Assembly: GCA_028534125.1 (NCBI GenBank)
Contig: CM052817.1
Coordinates: forward strand, 108,936,001-109,000,000
Source of the DNA: Lama glama
Lineage: Eukaryota
Length of the DNA stretch: 64,000 nt
Direction of reading: 5' to 3'
The notes below the pieces were generated by a model, which saw only the letters and a list, made by a program, of their open reading frames with translations, did no database searches and had not been told where the DNA came from. The position numbers and the translations under genes were made by a program. Within the stretch, counting starts at the first letter, position 1. Each line of letters starts with the position of its first letter. Positions 63,891-64,000 of this stretch are shown here, one piece after another.

Positions 63891-64000
63891 CTCTCGTGAG
63901 GCCCGTGTCCTGAAGCCGGCGCTTCCGTCTTGTTGGGATGATCCTTTTTTATGTCTCAGGTTCTGTACTGAATGTTGTGCATTCAATGCCACCACCAAAT

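Noticed and set aside
1..64000. CRISPR arrays, operons, rRNA or other prokaryote-type systems
   Set aside because: The sequence is mammalian (spliced gene, L1/MIR/ERV content); no regularly spaced repeat-spacer array was seen.

Overview
Mammalian genomic DNA, most likely a camelid. This is inferred from short tRNA-Ala-type 'Vic-1'-like SINEs and cetartiodactyl-type L1 3' ends. The only supportable protein-coding gene is the 5' part of cathepsin O (CTSO, + strand): a CpG-island promoter and coding exons 1-3 (52673-52789, 61874-61982, 62569-62708). These splice in frame with canonical GT-AG sites; the catalytic CGGCW exon lies beyond the window. A 500-N gap sits about 640 bp upstream of the ATG. 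The 51.5 kb to its left looks intergenic and is filled with L1/L2/MIR fragments, DNA transposon relics, several solo LTRs (three with visible 4-bp TSDs) and a decayed ERV-L provirus with a recognisable Fv1/MERVL-type gag remnant. Almost all ORFs in the supplied track look spurious. I found no convincing novel biological system. The best leads are a (TGC)8-encoded poly-Cys signal peptide, an overlapping uORF and IRF/ETS motifs at the CTSO start, the ERV-L gag remnant, an LTR with duplicated octamer+CCAAT modules, and a few unusual repeat structures. Repeat family names come from recalled consensus sequences and need RepeatMasker/Dfam confirmation.
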